The position numbers and the translations under genes are program-made. The notes beneath the pieces were generated by a model. That model searched no databases. It saw nothing but the letters and a program-made list of their open reading frames with translations, and was not told the origin of the DNA. Below are positions 8,920-17,314 of a stretch of 58,052 nt of DNA, in pieces. This DNA comes from a virus (lineage: Duplodnaviria; Caudoviricetes), in the IMG/VR virus record IMGVR_UViG_3300036770_003243, positions 1 through 58,052 of that record; one strand, given 5' to 3'. Positions within the stretch are counted from its first letter, which is position 1, and each line of letters opens with the position of its first letter.

Positions 8920-9542
8920 AAGTCCTGATCTACGGCCACAGCCAAGCCCAGCCCACCGGCATGGGCGACGACATGGTCAAGGCTCTGGGCAAGCTCAAGG
9001 TCGGCGTCAAGCGTGTGGGCATACAAGGCAAGAACGACGGCCAGCTGCTCAAGCTCCTGCCCGACCGTGTGGGGGACATCAGCGGCTACGACAAGGTGCT
9101 GCTCTACGGGTACGGCAACGATTCGACCAAGGAGCAGACCCAGAAGCTGGTGCAGTACTTGGGGCCGCAGCGCACGATCCTGATCATCCCGCCGATCAAC
9201 CTTGACCGCGTTGTCGAGGGGACTACCCCAGAGGCGCGGCTTGAGCGGCAGAAGCAGCGCGTGGTTGAACTCAAGGCACTGCTGGGCATCCCGGTCTACG
9301 GCATCTGGGGCTACAAGAAGGACTTCAAGAGCGACATCATCCACATGCGCCCGGGATCGCAGGCTGGGGCGGCGCTTGTGCCCTACCTGCTGGCCGAGCT
9401 TGGCTTGCAGACGCCCCCTCCAGACGTGCAAGAGGGATCGGCCTTGGGATCCGTCCTGCTTGTAGCTGGCGCGGCGCTGGTGGGCTTCATGCTTGCCCGC
9501 CGCAACCGCGCCCGCCCTCCATTGGCAAGGATGCGCGACTAG
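8916..9542 (+). CDS. SGNH/GDSL-like hydrolase, tail-anchored
   Basis: VLIYGHSQ, GND and DIIH blocks; C-terminal TM plus Arg tail; ATGA overlap. Confidence 0.65.
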   Translation: MKVLIYGHSQAQPTGMGDDMVKALGKLKVGVKRVGIQGKNDGQLLKLLPDRVGDISGYDKVLLYGYGNDSTKEQTQKLVQYLGPQRTILIIPPINLDRVVEGTTPEARLERQKQRVVELKALLGIPVYGIWGYKKDFKSDIIHMRPGSQAGAALVPYLLAELGLQTPPPDVQEGSALGSVLLVAGAALVGFMLARRNRARPPLARMRD

Positions 9543-9546
9543 CCCG

Positions 9547-9583
9547 AAAGCAAAGCCCCCGCAAGGCGTACCCTGCGGGGGCT
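9547..9583 (-). terminator. Intrinsic terminator between convergent blocks
   Basis: AGCCCCCGCA..TGCGGGGGCT stem (9554-9583) followed on the - strand by TTGCTTT. Confidence 0.6.
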
Positions 9584-9603
9584 GGGGAGTCGATTCGCCC
9601 TGC

Positions 9604-10041
9604 TCAGCTGAAGCGGCATCGCCCCCGGATCACTTCGAGCAGTGTGTCGGTGTCGGCCTCTTCGATGATCTCCATGGCGACGTCGCTATTTCCCTCGATG
9701 TACGACCGCACCAGCTCGTCCTTGTACTCGTCGCCGATGTAGTCAAAGAGGGCCTCGCTATCGAACTCTCCGAGCACCGTGTCCCTGTCGTAGTAGTCGA
9801 GCGCATCGTTGAGGTCTACTTGGTCGAGCACCAAGGGGGTCGGCAGCTCGGCTATGAACTTCCCGATCACTGGGTTGGCGAGATCCAGCTTGTCCTCGCG
9901 GACCATCAAGGTCAGGTTCTCGATCGCCTTGATCGGATCGTCGCTCACCAGCCCGCGCCGGATGATCTCCGACTTGAGCTGCTCGTCGGTCAGGGTTGTC
10001 AGCACCGCGTTGGCAATCGCCGCCATCATGTTCGCGTCCAT
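9604..10041 (-). CDS. Acidic hypothetical early protein
   Basis: SD GGAGG; D/E-rich; has its own promoter. Confidence 0.75.
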   Translation of the reverse strand: MDANMMAAIANAVLTTLTDEQLKSEIIRRGLVSDDPIKAIENLTLMVREDKLDLANPVIGKFIAELPTPLVLDQVDLNDALDYYDRDTVLGEFDSEALFDYIGDEYKDELVRSYIEGNSDVAMEIIEEADTDTLLEVIRGRCRFS

Positions 10042-10093
10042 CTTGTCCTCCTTGTCCTTGTCCGTTGTAGGCCAGCACCGCGCTGGTGAGAAC

Positions 10094-10122
10094 ATCATAG
10101 CAGGTTCTTTATCGCTTGTCAA
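10094..10122 (-). promoter_or_regulatory. sigma70-type promoter P1
   Basis: TTGACA-17-TATGAT with extended -10 TG. Confidence 0.85.
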
Positions 10123-10336
10123 GTCTTAGCTTTGCTTGCAGATATTCGATCGTGCTGTACATCGTACCGCCGCAATTGCACCAGTCGTACCAAGTGGGGC
10201 AATCCTCAGGGGATCCGTGCTCGCCGTTGTAGCACTCGCGCCAGAAGTCGATCTCCTCTTCTGGGGGCATGCACTCTTGGCACCTCTCTTGGCGGTCTAG
10301 CCATGTGTCGCAGATCCTGCTCGGGTGAGGCGTCAC
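10109..10336 (-). CDS. Small Cys-rich protein
   Basis: GTGA overlap; CxxC and CNCG; its 3' end overlaps P1. Confidence 0.5.
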   Translation of the reverse strand: MTPHPSRICDTWLDRQERCQECMPPEEEIDFWRECYNGEHGSPEDCPTWYDWCNCGGTMYSTIEYLQAKLRLDKR

Positions 10337-10704
10337 GGCGCGGCCTCCTTGCCCTCGTAGGGCGTCCCGCAATGCAGGCACACCGATCGCCCGCTGTCAT
10401 ACGCGACAACCGTACGAGGGTCGGCGCGCTGGTATTCTTCGAACGCATGCCGGGCATCCAGCGCCAGCTCCTGCGCGGCTGGTCCCAGCCGGGCAATCCT
10501 TGCCAGCGCCTGCATGATTGCCGACGCAGCCACCTGCTTGTCCCCGCGCTTGGAGTAGCTCGCGCAGACCTTGTGCTGCTCCGCCCACGTCTGCACATGG
10601 ATGGAGAAGTCCTTGGCGCTCAGGGGCAGCTTGATTGGCTCGCGTTTGCCGCAGGCTTTGCACCACATATCGCTGCCCTGCACCACCACATGATCCGTGT
10701 TCAT
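10333..10704 (-). CDS. Cys-rich hypothetical protein
   Basis: CKAC, HKVC, CLHC; ATGA coupling. Confidence 0.65.
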   Translation of the reverse strand: MNTDHVVVQGSDMWCKACGKREPIKLPLSAKDFSIHVQTWAEQHKVCASYSKRGDKQVAASAIMQALARIARLGPAAQELALDARHAFEEYQRADPRTVVAYDSGRSVCLHCGTPYEGKEAAP

Positions 10705-10934
10705 GCCCCCACCTCCTCGATCAGGTACTTGAGCGTCGCACTGGCATCCAGCAGCGCACGCAGCTTGTCTTGCCCGTGTCCGATCAGCAATGCGCCGTGG
10801 CGCAAGCGTGTCGTGCCGTCGAGGTAGTGGATCTTCTCCCCCATCAGCACTACCCATCGCTCCGACGACCCGCAGCAGTCGCACTCGAACGGCTCCAAGT
10901 CGTCGCGGACGACCTCAATCGCAAGTCCTTTCAT
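10701..10934 (-). CDS. Small Cys-containing protein
   Basis: SD GGAGG; CDCCG; ATGA coupling. Confidence 0.6.
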   Translation of the reverse strand: MKGLAIEVVRDDLEPFECDCCGSSERWVVLMGEKIHYLDGTTRLRHGALLIGHGQDKLRALLDASATLKYLIEEVGA

Positions 10935-11176
10935 TTGGCCTCCTTGCGTCTTGCCTTGCAGGCTGGGCACCAGTCCAGCCTCACGCCGTCTTTGTGCCAT
11001 ACGCTCCACCCCGGCGCGGGCTTGCGGTCGAGGAACCACGCCGCAGGTGCGCCGATGCCTCGCTGGCTGTACACCGTCCGTCGCAAGCCGCAGCCGTCGC
11101 AGACGATGCACGGCTCGGTCGGTTCCACGCGCAGGATAGCAGCCATTCTTCCAGCGATACCTGCCCGATAACTCAT
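10931..11176 (-). CDS. Small zinc-finger-like protein
   Basis: CDGC..GW..DWCPAC. Confidence 0.65.
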   Translation of the reverse strand: MSYRAGIAGRMAAILRVEPTEPCIVCDGCGLRRTVYSQRGIGAPAAWFLDRKPAPGWSVWHKDGVRLDWCPACKARRKEAK

Positions 11177-11619
11177 GGCTCGGCCTCCAGCCCCGCCACG
11201 CGGCGGGCTTCCTTGCGTCTGGCATTGAGAGCTGCCGTCCCGCAGTCGCACGGGCCTCCGTCCCACATTGGCGCGCAGCCACTGTTGTGTGTGGCCTCCG
11301 GCCACGCAGCGATGGCGGCACTCAGCTCAGCGATCTTCTCGTCTCGCGGGTCTGGCTTGGGCACTTGGCCGTCATGGCAGTAGTCGCACCAGTGGTCGTA
11401 GACCTCCGCGCCCATGTGGTAGACGCGGCAACCGTAGTCCGTGTCGCGGCAGCACTTGCCCTTGCACTCAGGGCAGGCGTTCGCCCGGAATGCGCAGTCC
11501 TCGTTCCACTTGTCCATCCACCACTTCTGCACCACCAGCATCGGTGCCACCGCGAGCTTTTGCTCGATCGCCCACCGTTCGCAGTCGGGTGCCTTGCACT
11601 TGGGGCAGTGTTCGGTCAT
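11173..11619 (-). CDS. Cys-rich multi-zinc-finger-like protein
   Basis: Several CxxC; WP..H..C..PCDCG module. Confidence 0.7.
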   Translation of the reverse strand: MTEHCPKCKAPDCERWAIEQKLAVAPMLVVQKWWMDKWNEDCAFRANACPECKGKCCRDTDYGCRVYHMGAEVYDHWCDYCHDGQVPKPDPRDEKIAELSAAIAAWPEATHNSGCAPMWDGGPCDCGTAALNARRKEARRVAGLEAEP

Positions 11620-11861
11620 GGCTCCTCCTTGCCGCAGGGCGTCCCGCATACATGCTCGCTCTCGCACTTGTTGCACCAGTGCTCCCAGCCGCAGTCGCAG
11701 TCACCATCAGCCAGCCCGACAAGCCGCCGTGCGGCCTCTCGCGCCTCCTTGACCTCAGCGTGACCGCAGTCGCACGGGCAGTCGGCGCGGATATTGCACC
11801 ACTGGTCATGGATCGACGCGGGCCAAGTCTCAAGGGCTTTCCTCAGTTCTGGATCGGTCAT
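11616..11861 (-). CDS. Cys-rich protein sharing the PCDCG module
   Basis: WPASIHDQWC..PCDCG..ARRLVGL. Confidence 0.7.
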   Translation of the reverse strand: MTDPELRKALETWPASIHDQWCNIRADCPCDCGHAEVKEAREAARRLVGLADGDCDCGWEHWCNKCESEHVCGTPCGKEEP

Positions 11862-12064
11862 GGCTTCACCTCCCGCACCCAGTAGCCCAGATGCTCCAGC
11901 GCGGCGACCAGCGCCTCGCGGTCGTCCTCAAGCTGCTTCTGGCGATTAGGCAGGTTGAGTCGCTCGGCCTCTGCGATCAGCTTGTCCGACGCCTCAACGC
12001 CCGCGTACAAGTTCGACGCCACCCACTCTTGGCGAACCTTGGCGATCTCACTCCAGTGCTTCAT
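11858..12064 (-). CDS. Hypothetical protein
   Basis: SD GGAGGAG; ATGA coupling. Confidence 0.6.
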   Translation of the reverse strand: MKHWSEIAKVRQEWVASNLYAGVEASDKLIAEAERLNLPNRQKQLEDDREALVAALEHLGYWVREVKP

Positions 12065-12426
12065 GACTCCTCCGTGTTGTGATGGTAGCCTTGCCGCAGC
12101 CACTGCCCGAACGTCAGCCCGTGGGCGTCCCGCGTGTCCATCCACTTGCGGTATCGCCGTGCTGCCGCTGTTTTTGACGGCGCAGGCGGGGCCTGCTTGA
12201 TTGCCTGCCTCCGGCCTTCGTCAGTCACGCGGTACATCGTCCAGCCACCGCTGCACAGGTACGGCTCCACCAGCCCCGCATCGGCAAGCGACTGCACGTC
12301 AGGCATGGCATCTGGACCGGGGTCGTAGTGGTTGCGATACTCGGTCTTTCCGATCAGCCGTCCGTAGTCGTCCCGACCCAGCGCATGACATAGGATGTGG
12401 ATCTGTCCGCTGCTCAATGTGATCAC
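12061..12426 (-). CDS. Possible winged-helix-like protein
   Basis: HALG..YRNHY..L...GLV..YRVT.EG pattern. Confidence 0.55.
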   Translation of the reverse strand: MITLSSGQIHILCHALGRDDYGRLIGKTEYRNHYDPGPDAMPDVQSLADAGLVEPYLCSGGWTMYRVTDEGRRQAIKQAPPAPSKTAAARRYRKWMDTRDAHGLTFGQWLRQGYHHNTEES

Positions 12427-12647
12427 GGCACCCCCCTCGGCGGTACGCACCGCCAGTCGCCCCACTCGCGCCACTCGCGGCACTCCAGCTGCTGCTTGCA
12501 CTTGCCGTTGGGCAGGCAGGAGTGGTGCAGCGTTCCTGCCTGATCCCCCCCTTGCCAGATGGCCCAGAGCAGCACCAGCAGGATTGCGGCACACACGCCC
12601 AAGAACACGGCCAAGTCGCCGCCGTCCCAGCGCAGGCCCCCGGTCAT
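12423..12647 (-). CDS. Small membrane protein with a four-Cys domain
   Basis: N-terminal TM followed by C-x5-C-x5-C-x10-C. Confidence 0.6.
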   Translation of the reverse strand: MTGGLRWDGGDLAVFLGVCAAILLVLLWAIWQGGDQAGTLHHSCLPNGKCKQQLECREWREWGDWRCVPPRGVP

Positions 12648-12934
12648 GGCTCCTCCTTGCCGTAGTGCTCGTCGTCCATCAGATCCTCGACCCTCGAATG
12701 GATCCGATCCAGATCCCGCCGCAAGCGCAAGACGGCGTCCTTGACGCCCTCAAGGTCGCGGGGGATGTCCAACCCGTCCTCGCCCGCTTGCGGGGCTTGT
12801 GCGCGGGCCTGTGCGATGCGCCTGCCCACCTCCTTGGCGTACTCGGTGCGCCACTTGGCAGCCCCCAGCGTCCAGCCCACATACCCCGCTGCCGTGACAG
12901 ACAACGACATCCAGAACGCGACGTCCCAATACAT
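12644..12934 (-). CDS. Membrane-anchored coiled-coil protein
   Basis: N-terminal hydrophobic segment; heptad-like C terminus. Confidence 0.6.
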   Translation of the reverse strand: MYWDVAFWMSLSVTAAGYVGWTLGAAKWRTEYAKEVGRRIAQARAQAPQAGEDGLDIPRDLEGVKDAVLRLRRDLDRIHSRVEDLMDDEHYGKEEP

Positions 12935-12935
12935 C

Positions 12936-13805
12936 TCACACCCCCAATGCGGACTTGATCCGCTCCAGTTGCGACTTGAGCGCATCGCGCTCGGTTTCCA
13001 GCTCCCGCACCTTTGCCTCCAGCACCCCCGTCCGCGCCGCGACAAGGGCCTCGGCGGCGCGAATCAAGCCGTCCAGCGCGACATCCACAACGGCGGGTGC
13101 GGGGGGTTCAATGACCAGCGGGACAGTGACCGCTGGGTCAGTAACGATCTGGCTGTCCGTCTTGGCCTTGATCAGATTCCTGCTCTCGGCGATCCGTTCG
13201 ATCTCGGCGACCTCGTCCATCGTCCAGACCCGGACGTTGAGCTTGCGGTGGAACCGCTTGCCTGCCCGGTCGACGGGCACGAGGCGGTCGTCGCGCATCT
13301 CGGGGCGCTTGACCACCGCATCGGCCAGCTGGTTGAACGTCGCGCAGTTCATCGGCAGGAGCTGGCGGATCTGCGACCAGTCCAGCCACAAGGGGTGCTG
13401 CGCTACGCTCTCTACGCTCAAGTCGTCGTGGTTGACCTCCAGCACCGCTGGCGCGACCGCCGCTGGTGCGTGGGCTTGTGCCGTGTCCATGTCCTTGTCC
13501 TCCTTGGGCGTGTAGCCCATCCTCTCCAGCCAGAGCACCGTCCGGTTGAGGTGCTTGCTCACGACCTCGCACCGCACCCCAGCCCGCCACGCCAGCGACT
13601 TTGCCCGCTCGCTCACCATGTGGCTGCACGTGCCGCTGACCACCAGTACGACTTCGACTCCCTTGGGCAGCACGTCTGGCATGCCCTTGTAGCCATCGTC
13701 GGCGCAGCATGTGTAGGCGACGTCTATCCCCATGCGGTTGCGCAGGGCCTTGGCCCAGTTCCCGCGCATCTGGGCGTTGTAGCCGCCAAAGACCATCGCC
13801 CTCAT
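12936..13805 (-). CDS. DUF2325-like domain protein with coiled-coil C terminus
   Basis: VFGG..VVLVVSGTCSH..AK..A...G motif recalled from DUF2325. Confidence 0.55.
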   Translation of the reverse strand: MRAMVFGGYNAQMRGNWAKALRNRMGIDVAYTCCADDGYKGMPDVLPKGVEVVLVVSGTCSHMVSERAKSLAWRAGVRCEVVSKHLNRTVLWLERMGYTPKEDKDMDTAQAHAPAAVAPAVLEVNHDDLSVESVAQHPLWLDWSQIRQLLPMNCATFNQLADAVVKRPEMRDDRLVPVDRAGKRFHRKLNVRVWTMDEVAEIERIAESRNLIKAKTDSQIVTDPAVTVPLVIEPPAPAVVDVALDGLIRAAEALVAARTGVLEAKVRELETERDALKSQLERIKSALGV

Positions 13806-14143
13806 GGGGACTCCCCCACGGCCTTGGCCGTTGCTTCTATGACGGCGGCGCTCTTGGCGATGCTGTGGCGCGCCTCGTCTAGGTCCATCGCCACCTCCCA
13901 GAGCGCCTCCCGCATGGCGTCCTTGAGCGTCACCCCCATCCTGCACTCGCTGATGGACGTCAGCCCGTCCTCGTACATGACATCCACCGTCCACTTTGCG
14001 GGCAATGTGGCGTCGTAAGTGATGGAGACCCGCAAGTTGTCGTCCAGATCGAACTCGGCCACTGCCCCCGCTGCGTAGTAGAGGGCGCTCTTGTAGTGCT
14101 GGGGCAGGAGCGCCTTCAGCTCGTCCATTGGTGCGCCCATCAT
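13802..14143 (-). CDS. Hypothetical protein
   Basis: ATGA-coupled on both sides. Confidence 0.6.
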   Translation of the reverse strand: MMGAPMDELKALLPQHYKSALYYAAGAVAEFDLDDNLRVSITYDATLPAKWTVDVMYEDGLTSISECRMGVTLKDAMREALWEVAMDLDEARHSIAKSAAVIEATAKAVGESP

Positions 14144-14586
14144 GCCGCCCCCTTGAGGATCTCGGCCTTGGCGGCTTCGACCTTGAGGGTCTTGGGGCGG
14201 CGGTCTGGCCCCCGGTCGATGACGACGTCGACGGTGAGGGGCCTGCCCGGCTTGGAGCGGGACAGGGCGGTGACTGTGCCGTGAACGTACTTGCTGCCGT
14301 CCCAGCACCGGACGGCCATGCCGCGAGTGTGGATGTGCGGCGACGCCTTGGATGGCTCCGTTGCCGCCTTGGGCGCGCCCTCCTTCTTGGCCAGCATCGC
14401 CAGCACCGCAGCTTGGCTGTTCAGGCTGGGCGGGTTGCCCCTATCCGCCAGCGGGTTGATGGCGGTCGCCCACGGAGTGGGGTGCGCCACGGGCGCTTGC
14501 GCCTCTTCGGGCTTGTAGAGGGGGTCCAGTACCTTGAGCACTGTGCGGGCCACTTCAACCAGCAGGCTGCGTGTCATTGCGTCCAT
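14140..14586 (-). CDS. Hypothetical protein
   Basis: SD GGAGG. Confidence 0.65.
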   Translation of the reverse strand: MDAMTRSLLVEVARTVLKVLDPLYKPEEAQAPVAHPTPWATAINPLADRGNPPSLNSQAAVLAMLAKKEGAPKAATEPSKASPHIHTRGMAVRCWDGSKYVHGTVTALSRSKPGRPLTVDVVIDRGPDRRPKTLKVEAAKAEILKGAA

Positions 14587-14595
14587 CTTGTCCTC

Positions 14596-14865
14596 CTACA
14601 GGGTGTTCTCGGGAGCCAAGTCTGCCAGAGCCGCGACCATCGTCGGCCCGAAGCCACGGGGGCCGTACGGCTCTCCGTTGCCGTACCTGCGCTCGGCTAC
14701 GAACATGTCGCGGATGCCGAGATTCAACCCGTCCTGCCGCCACGCCTTGACGCCGATAACTGACGGGGATTCCCAGTCTGGCTCCTTCCATGCAAGCAGC
14801 TCGTCGCTTGTGGCTGTGTCGATGTCGTAGTAGCCGTTCTCCGTCACCCACCTGATCGCTTCCAT
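14596..14865 (-). CDS. Hypothetical early protein
   Basis: SD GGAGG; first gene after P2. Confidence 0.65.
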   Translation of the reverse strand: MEAIRWVTENGYYDIDTATSDELLAWKEPDWESPSVIGVKAWRQDGLNLGIRDMFVAERRYGNGEPYGPRGFGPTMVAALADLAPENTL

Positions 14866-14916
14866 CTTGTCCTCCTTGTCCGTGTCCGTGTCCGCCAGCA
14901 CCGCGCTGGCAGGACC

Positions 14917-14945
14917 ATCATAGCTGATCTGTTATTGCTTGTCAA
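14917..14945 (-). promoter_or_regulatory. sigma70-type promoter P2
   Basis: TTGACA-17-TATGAT. Confidence 0.85.
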
Positions 14946-15002
14946 GATACCCTGACGCCCGCCCCTCAAGGCCAAGACGGCCAAGAGGAGCGGGCGCTTG
15001 GG

Positions 15003-15224
15003 CTACTTGTTGGCGTCCTGCATGTCGTACCAAGCCAGCAGGCACAGGTCCGAGCAGAAGGCTTGCAGGCTGTCTTGGTGCACCCTCCCGCACATGTGGC
15101 AATCCCACACCGGGGCGCTTGTCACGGCCAGCCCCAAGGTGGGGGAGAGGTCCACGTGCGGGCGCTGGGGAGCCTCCTGCGCAGGGGATCCGTAGGTGAC
15201 GATCTTGTCATCGGCCATTTCCAT
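15003..15224 (-). CDS. Small zinc-binding protein (FCS-type motif)
   Basis: CHMCG..FCSDLC. Confidence 0.6.
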   Translation of the reverse strand: MEMADDKIVTYGSPAQEAPQRPHVDLSPTLGLAVTSAPVWDCHMCGRVHQDSLQAFCSDLCLLAWYDMQDANK

Positions 15225-15269
15225 CCTGTCCTCCTTGTCCGTGTAGGCCAGCACCAAGCTGGTATGAAC

Positions 15270-15298
15270 AGGATAGCAGGTCTGCTATCGCTTGTCAA
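15270..15298 (-). promoter_or_regulatory. sigma70-type promoter P3 with palindromic operator
   Basis: TTGACA-17-TATCCT; GATAGCAG-gt-CTGCTATC at 15272-15289. Confidence 0.8.
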
Positions 15299-15342
15299 GT
15301 TGCGGGAATGGCGCGGACATCGGGGCAGGTCGGGGCCTGTGG

Positions 15343-15933
15343 TCACGCCAACAGCGGGCGCGTCTCCAGCAGCTGCTCCATCGGGAAGTCCTCAGGGCAG
15401 GTGGTGTTGACGAAGTTCCTGTGGCGGAAGAGCGTGAAGTCGCGCTCCGCCCAGCCCTCGTCCCACCTGTTCCGCACGCCGTCTGGGGCCAGCTTGAGCG
15501 CGATGTTGTAACGCCCCGCCAGCCACTGCACCAGCTGCCTTGTGGCCTCGACCTGCGCGGCGGGCCAAGGCGCTCCCGACAGGTGCGTGACATCTATGGC
15601 CACCAGCCACCTGTTGGCGTTGCCGCCTGTGGCCTGCGCGAACCCGTTGTCGGGGGAGTTGTACTCGTAGATGTTGCCCTTCTGGTCGACCTCGTAGTTC
15701 GTGCTCAGCCCCCGCTTTTCGAGCACGTACTGCGTGGACTTGGCGCTCCCGGTCACCGTATGGTGGATCACGATCCCACGGATCTTGTTGCTGCGCTTGG
15801 GGAACTTCATCGAGTTCTTGCGGAAAGTCATCGGCGGGCGGGGGGCCTTTGAGGACGCAGCCGCGCTTGTGGCGAGGAAGAACACAAGCACCCCCGCCCC
15901 TACGGCCAGCGCAAACTTGAGACGGCGATCCAT
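15343..15933 (-). CDS. N-acetylmuramoyl-L-alanine amidase (Amidase_2-like) with N-terminal signal/anchor
   Basis: IVIHHT, STNYEVD..G.I, HRNF..TTCP motifs. Confidence 0.85.
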   Translation of the reverse strand: MDRRLKFALAVGAGVLVFFLATSAAASSKAPRPPMTFRKNSMKFPKRSNKIRGIVIHHTVTGSAKSTQYVLEKRGLSTNYEVDQKGNIYEYNSPDNGFAQATGGNANRWLVAIDVTHLSGAPWPAAQVEATRQLVQWLAGRYNIALKLAPDGVRNRWDEGWAERDFTLFRHRNFVNTTCPEDFPMEQLLETRPLLA

Positions 15934-15980
15934 GACACCTCCTCGCCCGATCTTGCCAGTTGAGGGCCAAGGCTGGAAGA

Positions 15981-16412
15981 TCAATCCTCTACACAGCACT
16001 CAGGGCAAGTACGGCAGTGGTCGGCCAAGTACTCCACCGACCAGTGCGCCTCCTTGGCGCGGCGCATCACCTTGACCGAGTAGGCCTTGCCGCACTTGCC
16101 ACTGAGCCCACCATACCCGCACTGGTAGGCCGCAAGGGCACGGGCCATGTCGCCCCTGCTCTTGCCCAGCCAGTAGTGCAGCAAGCGCCGCCCCTCGTTG
16201 CGGGCCACGGCGGGGATGTACAGCAGCGAGGGGTCGTTGCGCACGGGACGGCTTGCCCATCGCGGATCGACCTGCCACAGGCCCATGTACGGGCCGCTCT
16301 TTGCCGTGGGGACGCCCCCGCTCTCGGTGTACTCAAGAGCCCACTCGATGCGGGCGGGGAGCGGGGACTGCTGGTGCATGGCCAGCCAGATTGCAAGGTG
16401 AAGCACGTCCAT
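15981..16412 (-). CDS. Lytic transglycosylase (SLT-like)
   Basis: TESGG, GLWQV, ALAAYQCG motifs. Confidence 0.8.
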   Translation of the reverse strand: MDVLHLAIWLAMHQQSPLPARIEWALEYTESGGVPTAKSGPYMGLWQVDPRWASRPVRNDPSLLYIPAVARNEGRRLLHYWLGKSRGDMARALAAYQCGYGGLSGKCGKAYSVKVMRRAKEAHWSVEYLADHCRTCPECCVED

Positions 16413-16781
16413 TCATCCTCCGTAGCCGAGTGCAAGGCACAAGCCCGCCGCGCCACACCAGATGTGCCACACGGTGTGGTGCCGATGGTAGTCGCCCTCA
16501 TGGGCCTCGTAGTACCGTTCGATGGCCAAGAGGACGAACAGGACACCCGACAGGGTGTAGTGCCACTGCACCGACTTGGCCGCGAGCCAGCAGTTGGCAG
16601 CAATGCTCGCCCACGCCAGCGCGTGGTCGATGCGGTGGTACCGACGCTCGCCGTGCCAGTGGTAGGCGAACGCAGCCGCTGCGGAGGCTGCATAGAGCAG
16701 CCCCAGCAGCGACCCGCTCGACAGCAGCACCGCAGCCATCGGGAGCAGGCTCCACGATGACCAGATGCACGCCGCCTGCAT
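16413..16781 (-). CDS. Small multi-TM protein with CREST-like His motifs
   Basis: AYH..DH..HTVWH in hydrophobic helices. Confidence 0.55.
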   Translation of the reverse strand: MQAACIWSSWSLLPMAAVLLSSGSLLGLLYAASAAAAFAYHWHGERRYHRIDHALAWASIAANCWLAAKSVQWHYTLSGVLFVLLAIERYYEAHEGDYHRHHTVWHIWCGAAGLCLALGYGG

Positions 16782-16909
16782 CAGGGACTCACCAGCAGGC
16801 AGGAGACAACGATCACCAGCACGCTGCAAGCCGTGAACACGGCGACGGCCATGGTCTTGCAGGTGTTGGCGATCTTCTCAAGCGCGGGGTCGTGGAATTG
16901 GTACCGCAT
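16781..16909 (-). CDS. Small membrane protein
   Basis: SD GGAGG; one TM. Confidence 0.45.
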   Translation of the reverse strand: MRYQFHDPALEKIANTCKTMAVAVFTACSVLVIVVSCLLVSP

Positions 16910-17304
16910 CACGCCTCCCCGATGGCGCTGTCGCCGTGAAAGCGCCACGTCATGGGCTTGGGATCGCGGCTGTAGGCCGCATTGCCAACCGGGACCAGCG
17001 GGGGGACTTGCACTGGACGGCCTTGGGGATCGGCCATCTGCATCGTGGGGTCCATGATGACCCAGCCGTTGACCCGCCCGTCCTTGCTGCCGACAAGCGA
17101 CTGCGACACCAGAAGCCCCAGCGTGAGCTTGGGCGAGCCGATCATCGTGGGATCCGCCCAAGTGAACTCGACCGCCTCTCCCGGACGGGGCATGCGCACG
17201 GGGGCCTCCCCCTCGATGGCAAACTGCTGCGCGGTGACCCCCTCGGGCTTGCTTGCCGAGCGATCCTTGAGCGCCTTCTCCAGACTCTTGACCTTGCTGC
17301 TCAT
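16909..17304 (-). CDS. Hypothetical protein
   Basis: SD AGGAGAGAGGA; contiguous with neighbours. Confidence 0.6.
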   Translation of the reverse strand: MSSKVKSLEKALKDRSASKPEGVTAQQFAIEGEAPVRMPRPGEAVEFTWADPTMIGSPKLTLGLLVSQSLVGSKDGRVNGWVIMDPTMQMADPQGRPVQVPPLVPVGNAAYSRDPKPMTWRFHGDSAIGEA

Positions 17305-17314
17305 GTCCTCTCCT

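Noticed and set aside
14863-14895. GGACAC/GGACAA repeats as a CRISPR array or iterons
   Set aside because: Six-bp units without spacers, always abutting SD sites of genes
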